A DNA stretch of 64,000 nucleotides, from the NCBI GenBank assembly GCA_001600815.1, contig BCKZ01000005.1:495727-559726 (forward strand), given 5' to 3'. Positions 35,852 through 50,111 of the stretch are shown here, piece after piece (the stretch's first letter is position 1; the number at the start of each line of letters is the position of its first letter). The position numbers and the translations under genes were made by a program. This DNA comes from Alloascoidea hylecoeti (taxonomy: Eukaryota). Below the pieces are notes generated by a model, which ran no database searches, was not told the origin of the DNA, and saw only the letters and a list, made by a program, of their open reading frames with translations.

Positions 35852-38800
35852 GAAGGGATTTACGTGCTGAAGGAAACAAAGTTATGGCGTAGCATCTGTT
35901 CGCCCGCTATATATCATCCCAAATCACAACATATTATATCTATATACTTAATACAAGCATGATATCTACAGATATGGATATATTATATATATATAGGTAT
36001 ACTGAATTATTATTACTAGAATAAAACAAAAAAGTTTGGTTCTAGACCCGATCCATCAGTGACTATAGATCCACCGAGTACAAAAATGGTATATATAAAC
36101 TATACATGAAATCATTAACTTACTTTGAACTAGAAGTTTCGATTATACCGCTTATTGGCAGGTTCTACAACATTATATCGGTAGCTCATACCTTCATACT
36201 AGGTTTATATGGTTAATCAATACTAATGATTCACACTAGGTTTATATACATATGCTTAATTATGGCTGTCTATGATTTGTAAGAAATCTATATATAGCCA
36301 ATAATAATAATGTTCAAAAAGTTTATATAATAACACTTGGAGGAGCCCAGGTATGATTACGTAAGTTTTTATACACCAATGTTTTAGCATTCACTCACAT
36401 CGATTATTCAACTGTTGGTATCAATTCCAATTTGGGTGTGCAGTGCTTGGAGCACCATCAAAAACCATCTACAATTGACTCGGCGGCTTGGTATAAACTA
36501 ACAATAAAAGAAAGATAAGGAAACTAATAAAGCAAAAGGATTAGATGATTTATATAATATACTTATAAGATGGTGGGGATGTGTCCCATTGTCCTTTGTG
36601 TGGTAGCAAGGACGATTAAAACTGATATAGTCGAGGGTTTCGCAGTCACATGACTCCGGCATCTATTGGATGTATAGGGTAGCAGTGTGATACTCTTCGT
36701 TTAATAAATATTCTTCTTCTTCTTTGTGTATATATAAGCGTATGAATTTTCGCTCCCTGATTCTGAGGAATTTTTGATTATTTGTATAGATGAATTTTTT
36801 AGTAGCTTCAGGAATTAAATAAGGGAATGTATTTGTCTAATTGAGCGTTTTTTTGTTGTTGGAACACGAGAGGCCTATTTAAGGAAGTTAAAGGAACCCT
36901 TATTCATAGTTATAAATCTTAAGTAGGGACAAGGTTAACTAACTAATTATGGAAATGTAGGCTTAATAACATCCGATATGTATCCCTACCTGGTGTTGAG
37001 CTACCTGCACAAGACTTCACCATCATATTACTCTTTGATATGGCTGTCTTCCACTTTGGGAAAGGTCCAATACTAACACTGATGTTTTTACTCTGTTAGC
37101 TTGAATTTACACTATCGGATACTTTATCCTTACAATTGCAACATTATCTACGTTAATATATCGTAATTTTATTTTTCTCAACTTTTTATTCAAATTTGCA
37201 CCCATAGAATAAAAGAAGAAATAATTGGATATCAATATTGCTGAATGTGAACATACTAACAACTGTAAAAAATGTCATTTTTGGTTTATATGCACACTTA
37301 TTGGTGAGATTCTCGATTTTTTTATTAGCTTTATGGTCTAATATTTATCCAAACTATATAATGTCTATTGCAAATTTCACCTTTATATGTAGATTATTGG
37401 AATTTTTTGCTGATAATTGGGCCGGGTATTTATCATTCATTTTGATTATTCAAGATTAATGGCTCAGGTCAATTTTTATTCCCTTTTCTATTCTGCATAT
37501 TGCGTTATATATAACCTAGGAAATAGTATGTATATAAATGAATGAAATAAGTTTTCCAACAATTGTATATCAAATAGATATGTAGAAAGTTACTAGATAC
37601 GTGTCGGACCCATTTAATATTTAGCATTCATGTATGACATTTTCTTGGTATTTTATGCATATGTGCATAAAATATTTGATGATTGATATTCCACTGATTA
37701 GCTAGCTATAGGATAAGATAAATATATATAATTGATAACATCAATATTTAGTATTAAGAATAATTTTCAAGGTGTTCATACCCTATGAGAAGATTTAATT
37801 CTCAAAATGAATGATACATACCTTGATTTCAGCTTCGTCAAAATTAATCAATTAATTAAGCTTTATATAAATTTATATACAATTGCATGAATTCATTTAA
37901 TATTGGTTCAACAAGACAGACTTAAAATGATTTAACACCTAAAATGTTTCGCTCAATTTTTTATACTGCCTTAGATAATTGGTGTATTATCTAACACCCT
38001 ATACCTTTTATGTCCACGTATGTGTATAGTAGAGTTATTTTTTTCTTTCAAAACATTTCTGAGTTCCAGATATCCTAGTGGTACACATTTTTTAGTCAAT
38101 ATTTATTCCTCAGGTGTGTGGTTAACAAATTCTGAAGCAAATTATAGTCTGTTTAAAGTGACGAAATCACTTTGCACTTTTGCACCAATAAGAAATATAA
38201 ATCTGTAGCTGCATCCATATAGCTTATATATGCATCCATATGTATGTATCTTTAGGAAACTATATAACTTGCTCGATAAAGAAAATGAATAAACAATATA
38301 TATATATATATATGATTGCCAATTTCCCATATAGAACTGTTATATATCTAGCTCGGAAGTTGATTAACTGTACCTGATTTGAGAGCAAACTTAATTGGTT
38401 CTAGCTTGAGCTATAATTAGGTGCATTGTAACGATTACTAAACAAGTAATAGAAATGTTTTAATTGTCTCAAATATTTAGTAATATTGACCTTATACATT
38501 ATATGCATAGATTCTAAATAATTTGATCTCACTTAATATTACACATAACTAACTTATATTTTTATATTTATTCCCTATATGTATGGAAAGGTAGGTTGTA
38601 CACCTTATCAGAAATGAGAAAAATATCTGCTAATGAGGCTCAAGCTATAGAATTTTTATTCATAAATCATAATTGTTTTAAGCATAACTTAAGGAGTCTA
38701 AATCTAAAAGGGAAAAATATACTATATTTATAAAAATTTTCCATATAAGATATCATACACGAACACTAATGACTACAAATTTTAACTGTAACTTTCAAGT

Positions 38801-40807
38801 ATATAAATGCAAATCTATGTAATATCAATTCGGTGATATGCGAATATTCAAGAAACCTAATTTGACCGTTTAAAATATAGGAATATTTATCAAGTTGGTA
38901 CTTCTCCATGGAATATTTGGGGGTAATAAAATAAACGCTTTTACGTCTTATTAAACATTGTTAACCGTCGGCATACAAAGTCTTATCATAAATTTAAGTA
39001 TGTAGATATACGAGTGAGTTCAGTAACAATGAAATTTAATCAACTTTACGCTGATATAATCAAAACATTATTGCTCAACTTTGCAACTGATTATAACATT
39101 AACATTATCCCCCTATACTTAAGTCTATAACAGTTCCAATTGATTGCTATGATATAAGTTATATATAATAATGCTCAATACACGCACCTATGGTAAGCTA
39201 GACTTTAATGATCTACTTTTTATTAAATATTGGTTGTATTTATCAATATATATATATGTATATATGAATTTAGATGTCTGGATATTAAACTTTGAGGGAA
39301 TCTTTAATATCAACAAAAATGGATTCGGAATAGTGAGAAGAATAATTGTAAACTATTTTTCTTTGCATGTATAGAAGGAAAACTGTTCAACTGCCGTAAC
39401 CGTTTTCAAAACTTAACTGAAACAGTAACGGCATGGTAAAATTTCCATCGATTTCTAGATCTCTTTTGGAAATTTCTAAACAAATAGTAGCTATGACTAT
39501 AATAGGTATACGTATATCTGTGGTAAAGATGCGTATGATAGCTTATACCAAATGTCTAAGATAGTAACATGGATATTATTATTCTTATACGGTTAACTGT
39601 ATAAGCTATTGAGATAGACAAACTGGATATAATAAAATAATAATAATAGATAGCTATAGCTAGCTGTATTAATAGAATAGGGTGAAATTAATATTCGGGG
39701 AGAGACAACCCGTTCGAAGATCGTACTTTTAAGCTTATAATTACACCCAGCAATTAAGATTGCTACTACAGTTCACGATGATCCAAAACGTTTAAAGATG
39801 GGAATCGCATGATATATCGAAGGAACGGCTTATCCAACCAAATCAAACGATCGAAATCTTATAAGCGGACATGTGGACCTGGTCGTCCAGCGATAGTCGT
39901 GCTTGCTGTATGTATACAGAAATTAATTAATTTAACATGATGATAAGTGGATATGGCCAGACACATATCCATAGGCTTTGTGTTCATGTAGTCAAAATGT
40001 AGACTCTGTCGAATCTGGGCTCCTAAGTGACTTGAAAGAGATGAAAACCATTGTTCAATATTAATAAGAAAATATTTTATATACATATGATAATTATTGT
40101 TCTTTCTTACATATAGCGATAGATTATATATAATATACTATAGCTATGATATTTTAAATCTCCAAATGTTGATATCATCTAAAGCTATAACTAGGTATAT
40201 ATATACTGTATTGGAGTCCTATTTATCTACTTTCGATATAATATAATTATTAAATATAATATTGAAGTGTTCTCTTTTAAATCTTGTGTCATTATAATTA
40301 AGGGTTTACAGGTTGCAGAATGATTTTCCGAGAGTTTCTTGTATTATAATTATATGTGACGAACAATTAGCATATTATAATTTTTTTATATCCAAGACTC
40401 CAAGAGGTATAAGCTTGAGGGGAGTTTCCAAGGTTCAAGGAAGATTTAAGATACCACATACAGAACATGTATATAAGATGCTATTATAATATATATATTT
40501 TATTGCAAAGGATATAAAATAATTATGTAATTCATACATAGCCATGGTACGCGTCTACTTTTGTTTTAAATTTGAAGTTTCTGTATTTATCACAACATCG
40601 TACAATTATAAAATATTATTTCTATGATATTCATGTATAGACCTAGCTCGTACTATAATTCTAAATATATTTATTAGATCTTTCAGGATTTCCTATTTCT
40701 CACCGTACCTTTAAATTTATTAATCAGTGGAGATTATATATATTGATCTGATTTCTCTTTCTTTTTCTCCAGATTGTAACTATTCAAATCACACTCGAAA
40801 ACTTGTA

Positions 40808-42328
40808 ATGGCTACTATAACAAAAGATTATTTTAATATGTCTTCTTCTGCTATCAATGGTTCAACTACTTTTGATTTCTCTTTCCCTAGAACGATGGAA
40901 AAGACTGTCCCATCAGGAAAGGTTCCAAGCACTAGTTCAGGGTCATCTTCCCATGATCAGTATAACTATATCAGCCAATTGCAAGAAAGACCAAGTCAAA
41001 CCTATATTTCTTCAAATTATCTTCCATCTTCAAGTTATCTTCCATCTTCAAACATGTACATGAATGAGTTAAATGAATATTCTACATCGTTCCTATCTTC
41101 TGACTTGACGGTTCCAGTATCAGCTCCAAGCGAGTTGTTTTCGCCTGCTCTTTCAAATTCATCATCCTCTATATCTTCTTCGGTTAATTCAAACTACCAA
41201 TATGGAGGTGCCAACTACCTAGACTCTCCATCAACTTCCTCATCTACCGATACGATTCATTCTGACAATACAGCTCTTAGTTCATGCTCTAGCACTATGA
41301 CATCTAGGAAAGGAAGCATGTCTAGTCAATACATGGTGTCAAAACCCTATTTTAGTAGAAGAACCTCTTTGGATTCTTCCATAAAAGCTAATCCTAATAA
41401 ATGGAACTCTATGATTGCGGATCATATGCATTATCAACAACAGCAAGCATCAACATATCCTCCCCAGAACAATGGTCCCGCCTACTTTTCACAACCATAT
41501 CCTACATTTCCTATCTATACAGGTTATCCAAAGAGAAGTAGTTTTTTGCCGCCATTAGTAAGAGGACTTGGTTGTACTTCTACATCATCTAAAGCGCGAC
41601 ACTTGAAATCAAAGACAAGTGATTCAGATTTAATACCCGTTGAATTAAAAATTACAGGTCTTACTGATTTTGACATTCTATCACATTGGACTCCCAATGA
41701 AATTGCAGATGGAAGAAGAATTATCAGATTTGAAAGATATCAAACCAATCAAGTTATAGAAGCCCGTGTTTGTCTCTTGGACGACTGCAATCCTGAATTG
41801 GAAGAAGATGACTATTTAGAGGTCAGTTGCTTAAGATATACTCCAGTAATTGAAAAAGCTACATCTCAAAGCTATGCAAATTCTGCTCATTTTTGTATAA
41901 CAAGTGTTGAGGTAATTAAAATTGTGGAATTACTCGTTGGGGTACACTCACACGAAATAATGCCATCTTCTGCATCTGCTGATACATCTGCAGCTGAAAT
42001 TAACAATTGCAACCAATTACTGGATCTAAACCTGAATTTAAATATAAACATAGAAACAACTTCTAACATCACCAAGAAGCTCACAAAGAAAAGAAAGGAG
42101 CGGGGTAGAATTAGATCTAATTTGATTCATTTCTTTGAGTCAAAACCAATCTCTAAAACGCATTATCGTCATCTTTTTGAAAGAGTTATGAATTATACAG
42201 AGAGAAAACCGAGAGGTTTTGATAAGGAAATTAAAATTATGAAATGGGAGAATTTAAATGACTCTTTGATCAGGGCAATGCAAAGCTATTATGTTGAGGG
42301 TCAGCATCTAATTAATACTCAGCTATAA
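40808..42328 (+). CDS. Medusa (MedA/ACON-3)-like developmental regulator, DUF7082-type C-terminal domain
   Basis: Ser-rich N-terminus; C-terminal WTPNEIADGRRIIRF, VSCLRY, ITSVEVIKIVELLV, ERGRIRSNL, KPRGFDKEIKIMKW parallel the MedA conserved domain. First in-frame ATG at 40808. Confidence 0.75.
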   Translation: MATITKDYFNMSSSAINGSTTFDFSFPRTMEKTVPSGKVPSTSSGSSSHDQYNYISQLQERPSQTYISSNYLPSSSYLPSSNMYMNELNEYSTSFLSSDLTVPVSAPSELFSPALSNSSSSISSSVNSNYQYGGANYLDSPSTSSSTDTIHSDNTALSSCSSTMTSRKGSMSSQYMVSKPYFSRRTSLDSSIKANPNKWNSMIADHMHYQQQQASTYPPQNNGPAYFSQPYPTFPIYTGYPKRSSFLPPLVRGLGCTSTSSKARHLKSKTSDSDLIPVELKITGLTDFDILSHWTPNEIADGRRIIRFERYQTNQVIEARVCLLDDCNPELEEDDYLEVSCLRYTPVIEKATSQSYANSAHFCITSVEVIKIVELLVGVHSHEIMPSSASADTSAAEINNCNQLLDLNLNLNINIETTSNITKKLTKKRKERGRIRSNLIHFFESKPISKTHYRHLFERVMNYTERKPRGFDKEIKIMKWENLNDSLIRAMQSYYVEGQHLINTQL

Positions 42329-45300
42329 TCATATGAAAGTTTTATGATCAATTGTGAATTTAAATTCGAATAATATCATCCCTTTTTTCTTCCTGCATTA
42401 TTTTTCTCTAAATGTATTCATCTTCATCTGTTTAAATTTGCAATGATTTGAATTCACACTTAACTATTATTATTCCTACAAGTCTAATGCAGGGATGGCA
42501 ATGGTTTTTTATTTCTTTTTCTATTAATTTGGGAATTTTTCTTATCTTTGGCTTTAAAAATGCCATGTAATTTGAATATTCAAATCCTTAATAATGTTTT
42601 TATATGTATATTATCATAAATAATGGATTTGGATAGAATTTACCTAACAGTTATTGTTAGGAATGTCTCCATTTTTCAAATCATTTTGTATTAAGCGTCT
42701 TATATAGTTAGATAATATTCAATTTTTATTTGTCTTTTTTATTTCTTTTTTTCACCTGGATATGATACTAATCAATAAATTGTTTGTTTAGATCTCTAGT
42801 TAAGTGTTCTTGAAAGTTACTTCCTCTATTCCGGATGATACAGAGCTTAGCTATAGGTGAAATGAATCAAAACTGCGGGCGTATACTTGCATTACAAGTA
42901 TATAAGTATTAAGCATAATTTATACCGGTATATAGCTATAGCTATTATATACCGATTAACTCTCGTTTGTGTCGAGAGCTCTCAAATATTGCAACATTTG
43001 ATTAATATTATAAATGTAAGTTATACTATAATATTTGATAACCTCAGTTGCATAAGGACTATTGATATAATATATAGGCCTATACATAAACATACAATTT
43101 AATTACATCATTTATTAATATTAACTTAAAATTCAAGTCGAAATTATTAGAATTTGAATTTAAAATCAGATTGCAATATATCATATATTATATATTGCAA
43201 TCCCAGTACTGGTACCGCAGTTGTTGTATCTCGATTTGCGACTGATCAAATATATCTTATAATTACACACAATTCGGAGTTAGCCTGATCCAGATACTAA
43301 TATATTTCAATTATATACTCAATAACAATATATAATCATAGCTTGAAATATTATCAGTTAACTATGAAAAATAAATTGTTATATATTTATATATGCTGCG
43401 CTAATTGAAACTTTTCAGAGGGAGCATTTAACTTTGGTTGTTTCAGCTGGTAATTAATTATGAAAAGATAATACAGATGCAGGAGAAGAGACGTATCCTT
43501 GATTCTTTGGTAAATGTTATAGTGGTATTGCTTATAAATAATTATCAGTATGCTCAAAAATCTTAAATCTGGGTTTTTTTCCACTATGATATTTTTTTAG
43601 CTAACACAATGGAAGCGCCTATATTTAAGAGGTCATTTTTGAGAGGTCTTAAGTATTAATATTGGTCAAATTTACTGGTAAGCTAATTACAGGGAATGAA
43701 TCATTAGCTAATTTACGGCCGACGGTCAATGACCTTCAGATCTCTTATGATGTCTGTGTAACGGACTAGAAATGTGTGGGAAGATGATCCATATAATTAC
43801 AAATATATATATATATATTTATACTACAATTGATTGCAATAGTTACTTTAAAAAGTAAAATATAAAGAAATGTTTGAAGCGTTACAGACGTCGTAGAAAT
43901 TTTTTAAGTAAACAAAATTAAAGTATGGAGACCGGAAATGCAAGTTATAGTAGGTATTAATGTACGATTATTCAAATATAAATTTATATCTACACATTTT
44001 CCGTCAACAGGTGTTTGAAATGATACACAAGTGACTAGTAAACACGCATATTACCGTTCCTGAGCTCAAAAATAACACGTTATGTTAGCAATAAATCTGA
44101 TTTGCATCACCTTCACTTGGAGTAGGTATGGTGAAAATAGCAGATCAATTCTAATACATTTGAATACCCCGCATATACAGTCACAAATTAAAGGGCAGAA
44201 TATGTGCTATGGTGGTGCAATGTGGTGGAATGAGATAAAGGCTTCCCCCGATACTCTTTTGAAATCCAGTCCATCAACCACTAGCAACATTAGATGACTT
44301 TTTGATGACATGGGATAGATAAGGGACAAATAGAATCTTTATCTTTTTTATTTTATTTTTATTGATTTGCGTTAAGGCTTTGGACGCCTATTCAAATATG
44401 TATGGGTCTTTACCTTCCTTGCGCATATATACAATATTATGCACGTCTTTAATAAATAAATACCTAATTAGGTATTTGATGGCACGCACACCTTGAGTAG
44501 AGTTTCAGTGTTTGAATTCTTAACTATGTGATAACCGTGTTTTATTTCTTTATCTCTGGACTATATTCTTAGTTTGTGTGTAGATTATGCATCACCTTAC
44601 ACAATACTTCTGCACAATTGCAGACTAAATTCTAGTAAGTATGTATAAGTATAAGCATATATCTAAATATAGTAGTTGCCCTACCATGAGATGATTCACT
44701 TGCATATGTATACACGTCATTGCACGACAATTGCCCACCATATAGCTGTTAAGCTTGATTATAGTTCTGTTCTAAACCAGAATGACTTCCGAGATTGGTT
44801 TTCATAAATCTGACTATTATGTATTATTCATGAGCCAATCATTTGTAGGGCTTATATATTAATATTTAAATTTTACAGCCATTATTATGCGATGAAGGCT
44901 TCCTCTGAATGCATATGCATAGTTAACGTTGCATAATGTTATAATTAAGCTTATTTCCATATATTTATATATGCATAAGCCACAGTTTTCGGTTATATGC
45001 AGCTGTACTGGTAATTATATTATATAATAGAGTTATTACATGTATTTGGTTCCTACTACAGTTGCAATTGCAATATTAATGATAGTTTGTCGCGACATAT
45101 CCAAATAAAAAATATTTACATAAGTCATATGTTTATTAACAACAACAAATGAGTTGATAGGCATAATCTATTCATTTCTTTATAAAAGGGAATAGAAATT
45201 TAAAGCTTTATATAGTTAAGAGGGCAAAAAGCTTCAACAATACATTGCGATCAGTTCTATATATATTGCATTCGTAGGGACTATTAATATCAATTCCAAC

Positions 45301-48300
45301 CATCTTTACTCGAGCTTCACATAATTATAACTGCACATGGAATGAAAAGAATGCCTCTAATTCTTTTCCAAATGATTCAGCTACAGCTTACCAGTAATAT
45401 CATATAGGTTTATATATATTATATTTATGAGAAGCTTACAATTTAAGATGCAGTTGATACCGTCTAATACATCCATCCCATTTAATTTCGGCCACCATGA
45501 TCTAAGTTATATTACCATCTAAATACGGATTATTTTAATATTTTTCAAAACCTCCAAGCTATACAAATAGTATTAAATACATACATGAAAGAAAAGCGGA
45601 ACAATGATCTTTCTATAGCTATCGATTTATACTTATCAAATTATAATCAGTGGCAATACATTACAATTGAAATCTTAATCATAATATACTTCATTAGAAA
45701 TATTTGAAAACTATAACACTAATATTAATTGTAGCTCTATAGCTATATGAGGTATAGTTGCACATACACACACTTCAATGTGGTGTCGTGCCCCTGCTGG
45801 AACCCTAATATTCTACTAGAAAGTTCCACGAAAGGTGAAGTTCATAAAGTCGAATCGAATCATTCTATTGATAAATAATACCCCTCTCTGTTACCAAAGA
45901 CCGGAAGTGATATTTTGGGTAACTACACTCGTCTGATTAACTTTTCCACCTGCCTTGATCATGAGTGCGATGAAAGCTTTTGTGTGTCTGTGCTTGAAGG
46001 ACCATTGCTTAATCTGGTTACAAGCGATCAGCAATTCTCTATACTATCTATGGTATGGTTGGCTTTTGGTTGGTTCATATTTGTTTTTATTCACTATTTA
46101 CTTGTAACTATTATCACGACAGCGGTAAGTAGACATTACTGCAGTGCAGCTGATTGATAATAAATAGAAAGATAGGTAACTGTATGTATATTCTTTAGAT
46201 TTATTTCATTCATATATTTATATTTATTTTATGTAATACGGATAGTCATTATAATGTTATCATCATCTCAAATTCAAGAATTAATTAATTACAAATAACT
46301 CGTACGACAATCATTAGAATAAAGTTATGTCTATGGTATGATAGTTGGGTATAAGAGATAATTAGGTGCAAAAGTGATATTATTACTATATTACTAAGCG
46401 CCGATATTTTTACTAATAATCAATAATTATTTTACTAATCACCATTATGAACTGTAGTTATTGCTGATATCGATATGATTGTTACAAATCCAAAATCTTA
46501 ATTAACAATCAAAGTCACAGACAATACCGTGGCTTACTATGCATAATTTTATTTAAATGATTACATTATCTAATCTTATCGTGTGTCTCTAAAAAATGCA
46601 ACTAATAGGATGACTACCCTGCGTAATATCAATACAATTGCAAGGCTATAGCTATATAGCCTATATAAATATAAGTTATATTAATATTGAGATTGAGCCA
46701 ATTCACAATATAAAATAATTATAAACACGTACTTACTACTTAGTTTAGAAGTGAATATTTAATTATAGTACTAATCTGAGGTCAATTTTAAGCTTAGATG
46801 TTAATGGAGTATGGATAGTAGGCTATTAAAATACTTCAATTAAAAGTTATAAACTTATAAGTTATAAATTTACATATATTTATAGCCAGAGAATAACTTA
46901 AATTTAAGGTTTAAAAATCTACTTGCGTACTAGCTATAAATATAAATAATAGTCGCTTATACCCTGAAACACTATTAATTATTGGTAAATACCATTTATA
47001 AAAAAGAATCGTTAATAATAAAATAATATTGATTGCATATATAATATCAAGAGTATTACTTAAAACTTGAGAAGATCTAGAAGGAGAAGTTTCAGATACG
47101 TTTTTGCTATTATTTATATTAATTATAATATATCAATCAAATCCATGGCCATAGTTTTACTCAAATCTGACCTAGAGCTGTATCAAAATTATATAGTGCT
47201 ATATATAATATATTTATATAATTAGTTTTCAGAGTATATTACGTTAAATACATACCTGTCGCGAATCGATGTTAATATATGCATATATATATATTTGCAA
47301 ATTTTTGCTATTAAATTTAACTAGATCTATTAGATGTGACTTAATAGTCTGTAACTAATATAAGCTGTAGCTATAACCGTACGCGTATTCTTTGATCATA
47401 TATTCTATTTGCGAGGTAAATAAGGAATCTTAATCACGCAAGTAATGCAATTGTAGGTATCGAATATTAAGTACTTAAACATCACAATAAAAAATAACAA
47501 TTGATGCAATGGATTGATCATAATCTTTAAATATTATACCTGATGTTAATCATATAAAATTTCATTCTAAATTATATATGAGAGGTTAACCCTTTGATTT
47601 AGTCCATATAGGTACACCACACTGTATTTCTCTTCATGGAATTAATTAATTATAATTATGAATTAGTAGTATTAAAATTTAAAAAATCCGATGTATATAA
47701 CCCTGAGGCTATATTTTTATAGACTACTTTTTGACACAGAACTACAATATATACACATTAATATGGTAATATATATTTCCTAAAGGAGGAGGTTGTATTT
47801 TATACATGTATAAGTTTAATATCGTAATAGCTAGTCTAGATTCTGACAGGTTAGACGGTGGTACAAGTATGGTTACCTTAAAAGTAAAAATTTATATGCT
47901 TCGGTTAGTCTTTGAGTATGAAACAGGCCATTGGTATAATTATATAAATGTGTATTTGTGGGTAAGCAGGACTAGCACTAAGCACAAATGAACATTCGTT
48001 GCCGCACGCTATCTAGCTGTATATTTAATTAGGATAACGTTAACGGTCAACATTTTCACGGTTGAATGAGGATTTTATAATGATGAGTTATATTTTATAA
48101 CTATAATATCATTTACAATAATTACAATCTCAGCTAATCAATATATATATATATATATATATATATGTATTTTAATACTATTACTGTTCTAGATCGAGTT
48201 ACTCAAATTTGAATAAATAATAACGATGATATGTGTCTTCTTTATATATATATATATATTATATGTAGCTATAGCTATAAATTGCAATTAGTTTCAACCT

Positions 48301-48997
48301 TTTAATTTGTTATAAGTTGAGATTAAGAAGATTGTAATTCTTGAATATTCTTTTCCTATATCTTTTCCCTCTTGACGGTAGCAATGGCTCAACTGCAAAG
48401 ATTTCAAATTGAAGTTTGAACTTTGAACTTTGTATTATGTTAATTATATGTATAAAACGTGTATAAGAATAATTAAACAATTTTCTTTTTTAAGCTTTTT
48501 AATATGTATATTTATTCGTAGCTGCAGCTGCAGTCAGTCTGAAGTTAATCAGTATACGTATTGTTAAGGATTTATAAATCTTATATCCCTAGATATAGGG
48601 GGGAATCTTCGTTCATCGAATACTGTATCACCATGAGCTACAGTATGGCATAATATTAAATATCGTTACAAATACAGCTACTACTAGTAACAAAAACTCT
48701 CTACCTGGTGATACTATTTATTTTAGAATAACGATGTGAGGATAACTTCAGGCTGGATAATAAATGCGGAAAACCAAGTCCGCAATTACATGTAAAAATT
48801 CTCTCCGGAAATTTTGCATGTCTTCACCCGGTATGAGTATGTGGATTTCTGAGAACCATATATTAGAATTGAAATATTGAGATGGAAGGATATTATTTAT
48901 GTAAAATGGGTTTGGTAATACAGTTGGATTTATTCTTAAAAATGGGTTTACTGAAAGATTTCTGAAAAATCACTTTTATAGTTCTTAAACTCGCATA

Positions 48998-49621
48998 TTC
49001 AGTCATTTCACTTAATTTCGGCCAAATAAATTACTAATATTGGGCCGCATTACGGAGTATGTTTCGGCCATACATGAATGAATATCGGCCAGATGCTCAA
49101 CTAAATTCGGCCACATGACGCCGCTTATGTTGCGCCAAGTTGAATGGAAATTTCTAGCGACCTTTTTAGTTTTTGGGCTGATGTGTGATTTTTATGTTAC
49201 TGAGATCTTTTCACCATAATCGTATTATTTTGTGTTGATATTTTACTTCTGTTGAAAATGATGTAGATCCGTTGTTGAATCATATAATCAGGTTTCAAAG
49301 GTTGAGTTTCCTAATATAAGTATAGGAGATTTTCTATTTTTTCTATCATAGCTAATTATGTAAATAAGTTCTAGGGATTTTTCGTGAAGGCCAATAACCT
49401 TATCGAGATTTGTACCTAGCTATGAGTACTCCAGGACCCTCTTAAAATAATATATCTGAATTATAATTGATCAGTTGTGTTTTAGATTTTCAATCATACA
49501 TCATTTATGTGAGGGCAGAAACTTATCGATATATATATGGATGGTGAATATTAGGGTATAAAATGGCCGAATATTTAGCCCTCCAAGTGAAATTGAGTGA
49601 AATTGAGTGAAATGACTTGAA
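48998..49621. repeat. Inverted-repeat-bounded segment with clustered TCGGCCA motifs (possible non-autonomous DNA transposon relic)
   Basis: TTCAGTCATTTCACTTAATTTC (48998-49019) versus the reverse complement of 49599-49621. TCGGCCA at 49018, 49064, 49085 and 49107, and reversed at 49564. Confidence 0.4.
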
Positions 49622-50111
49622 GTACATATTCATGACAAGTGTGAATGTAAAGTTTTGATGAGATATTATCATTGTTGAAATAAGGTAGCTAGTCAGAGAA
49701 AATTAAGACCAAACTGGAGTATTTCCACGAATAATTTCTTCCAGGTACCGCATTCAGAGTGGAAATATTGCAAACAGTTTATACACCTTAATTTCGGTAA
49801 AATAAATAAATACTAGAGTTACAAAAGTCTCAATACATGGGTGATTATCATGATCAGCATATGACGTAAAAACTTATGTCTTAATATTTAGCAATCATAT
49901 TAGATTTAATGTTTAATTTCTTAATTATAACACCAAATGTGTAAATCTCATGCGGCTTATATGATTATAATTCGTCAGAATGATCAATATTAGCAGTACA
50001 CACTTATAGTTAGCTCACCTCTAAAATGAAGCTTAAGGTTAATATTATTGTTAAATGATTATAATTTTAATGAATACTATATAATTCTGGTTCTACCATA
50101 TATTTAACAAT

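Noticed and set aside
44190..44330. Possible pogo/Fot1 DDE relic on the minus strand (LLVVDG, PPHCT..HIL)
   Set aside because: Two short motifs in different frames; too weak without an HMM search.
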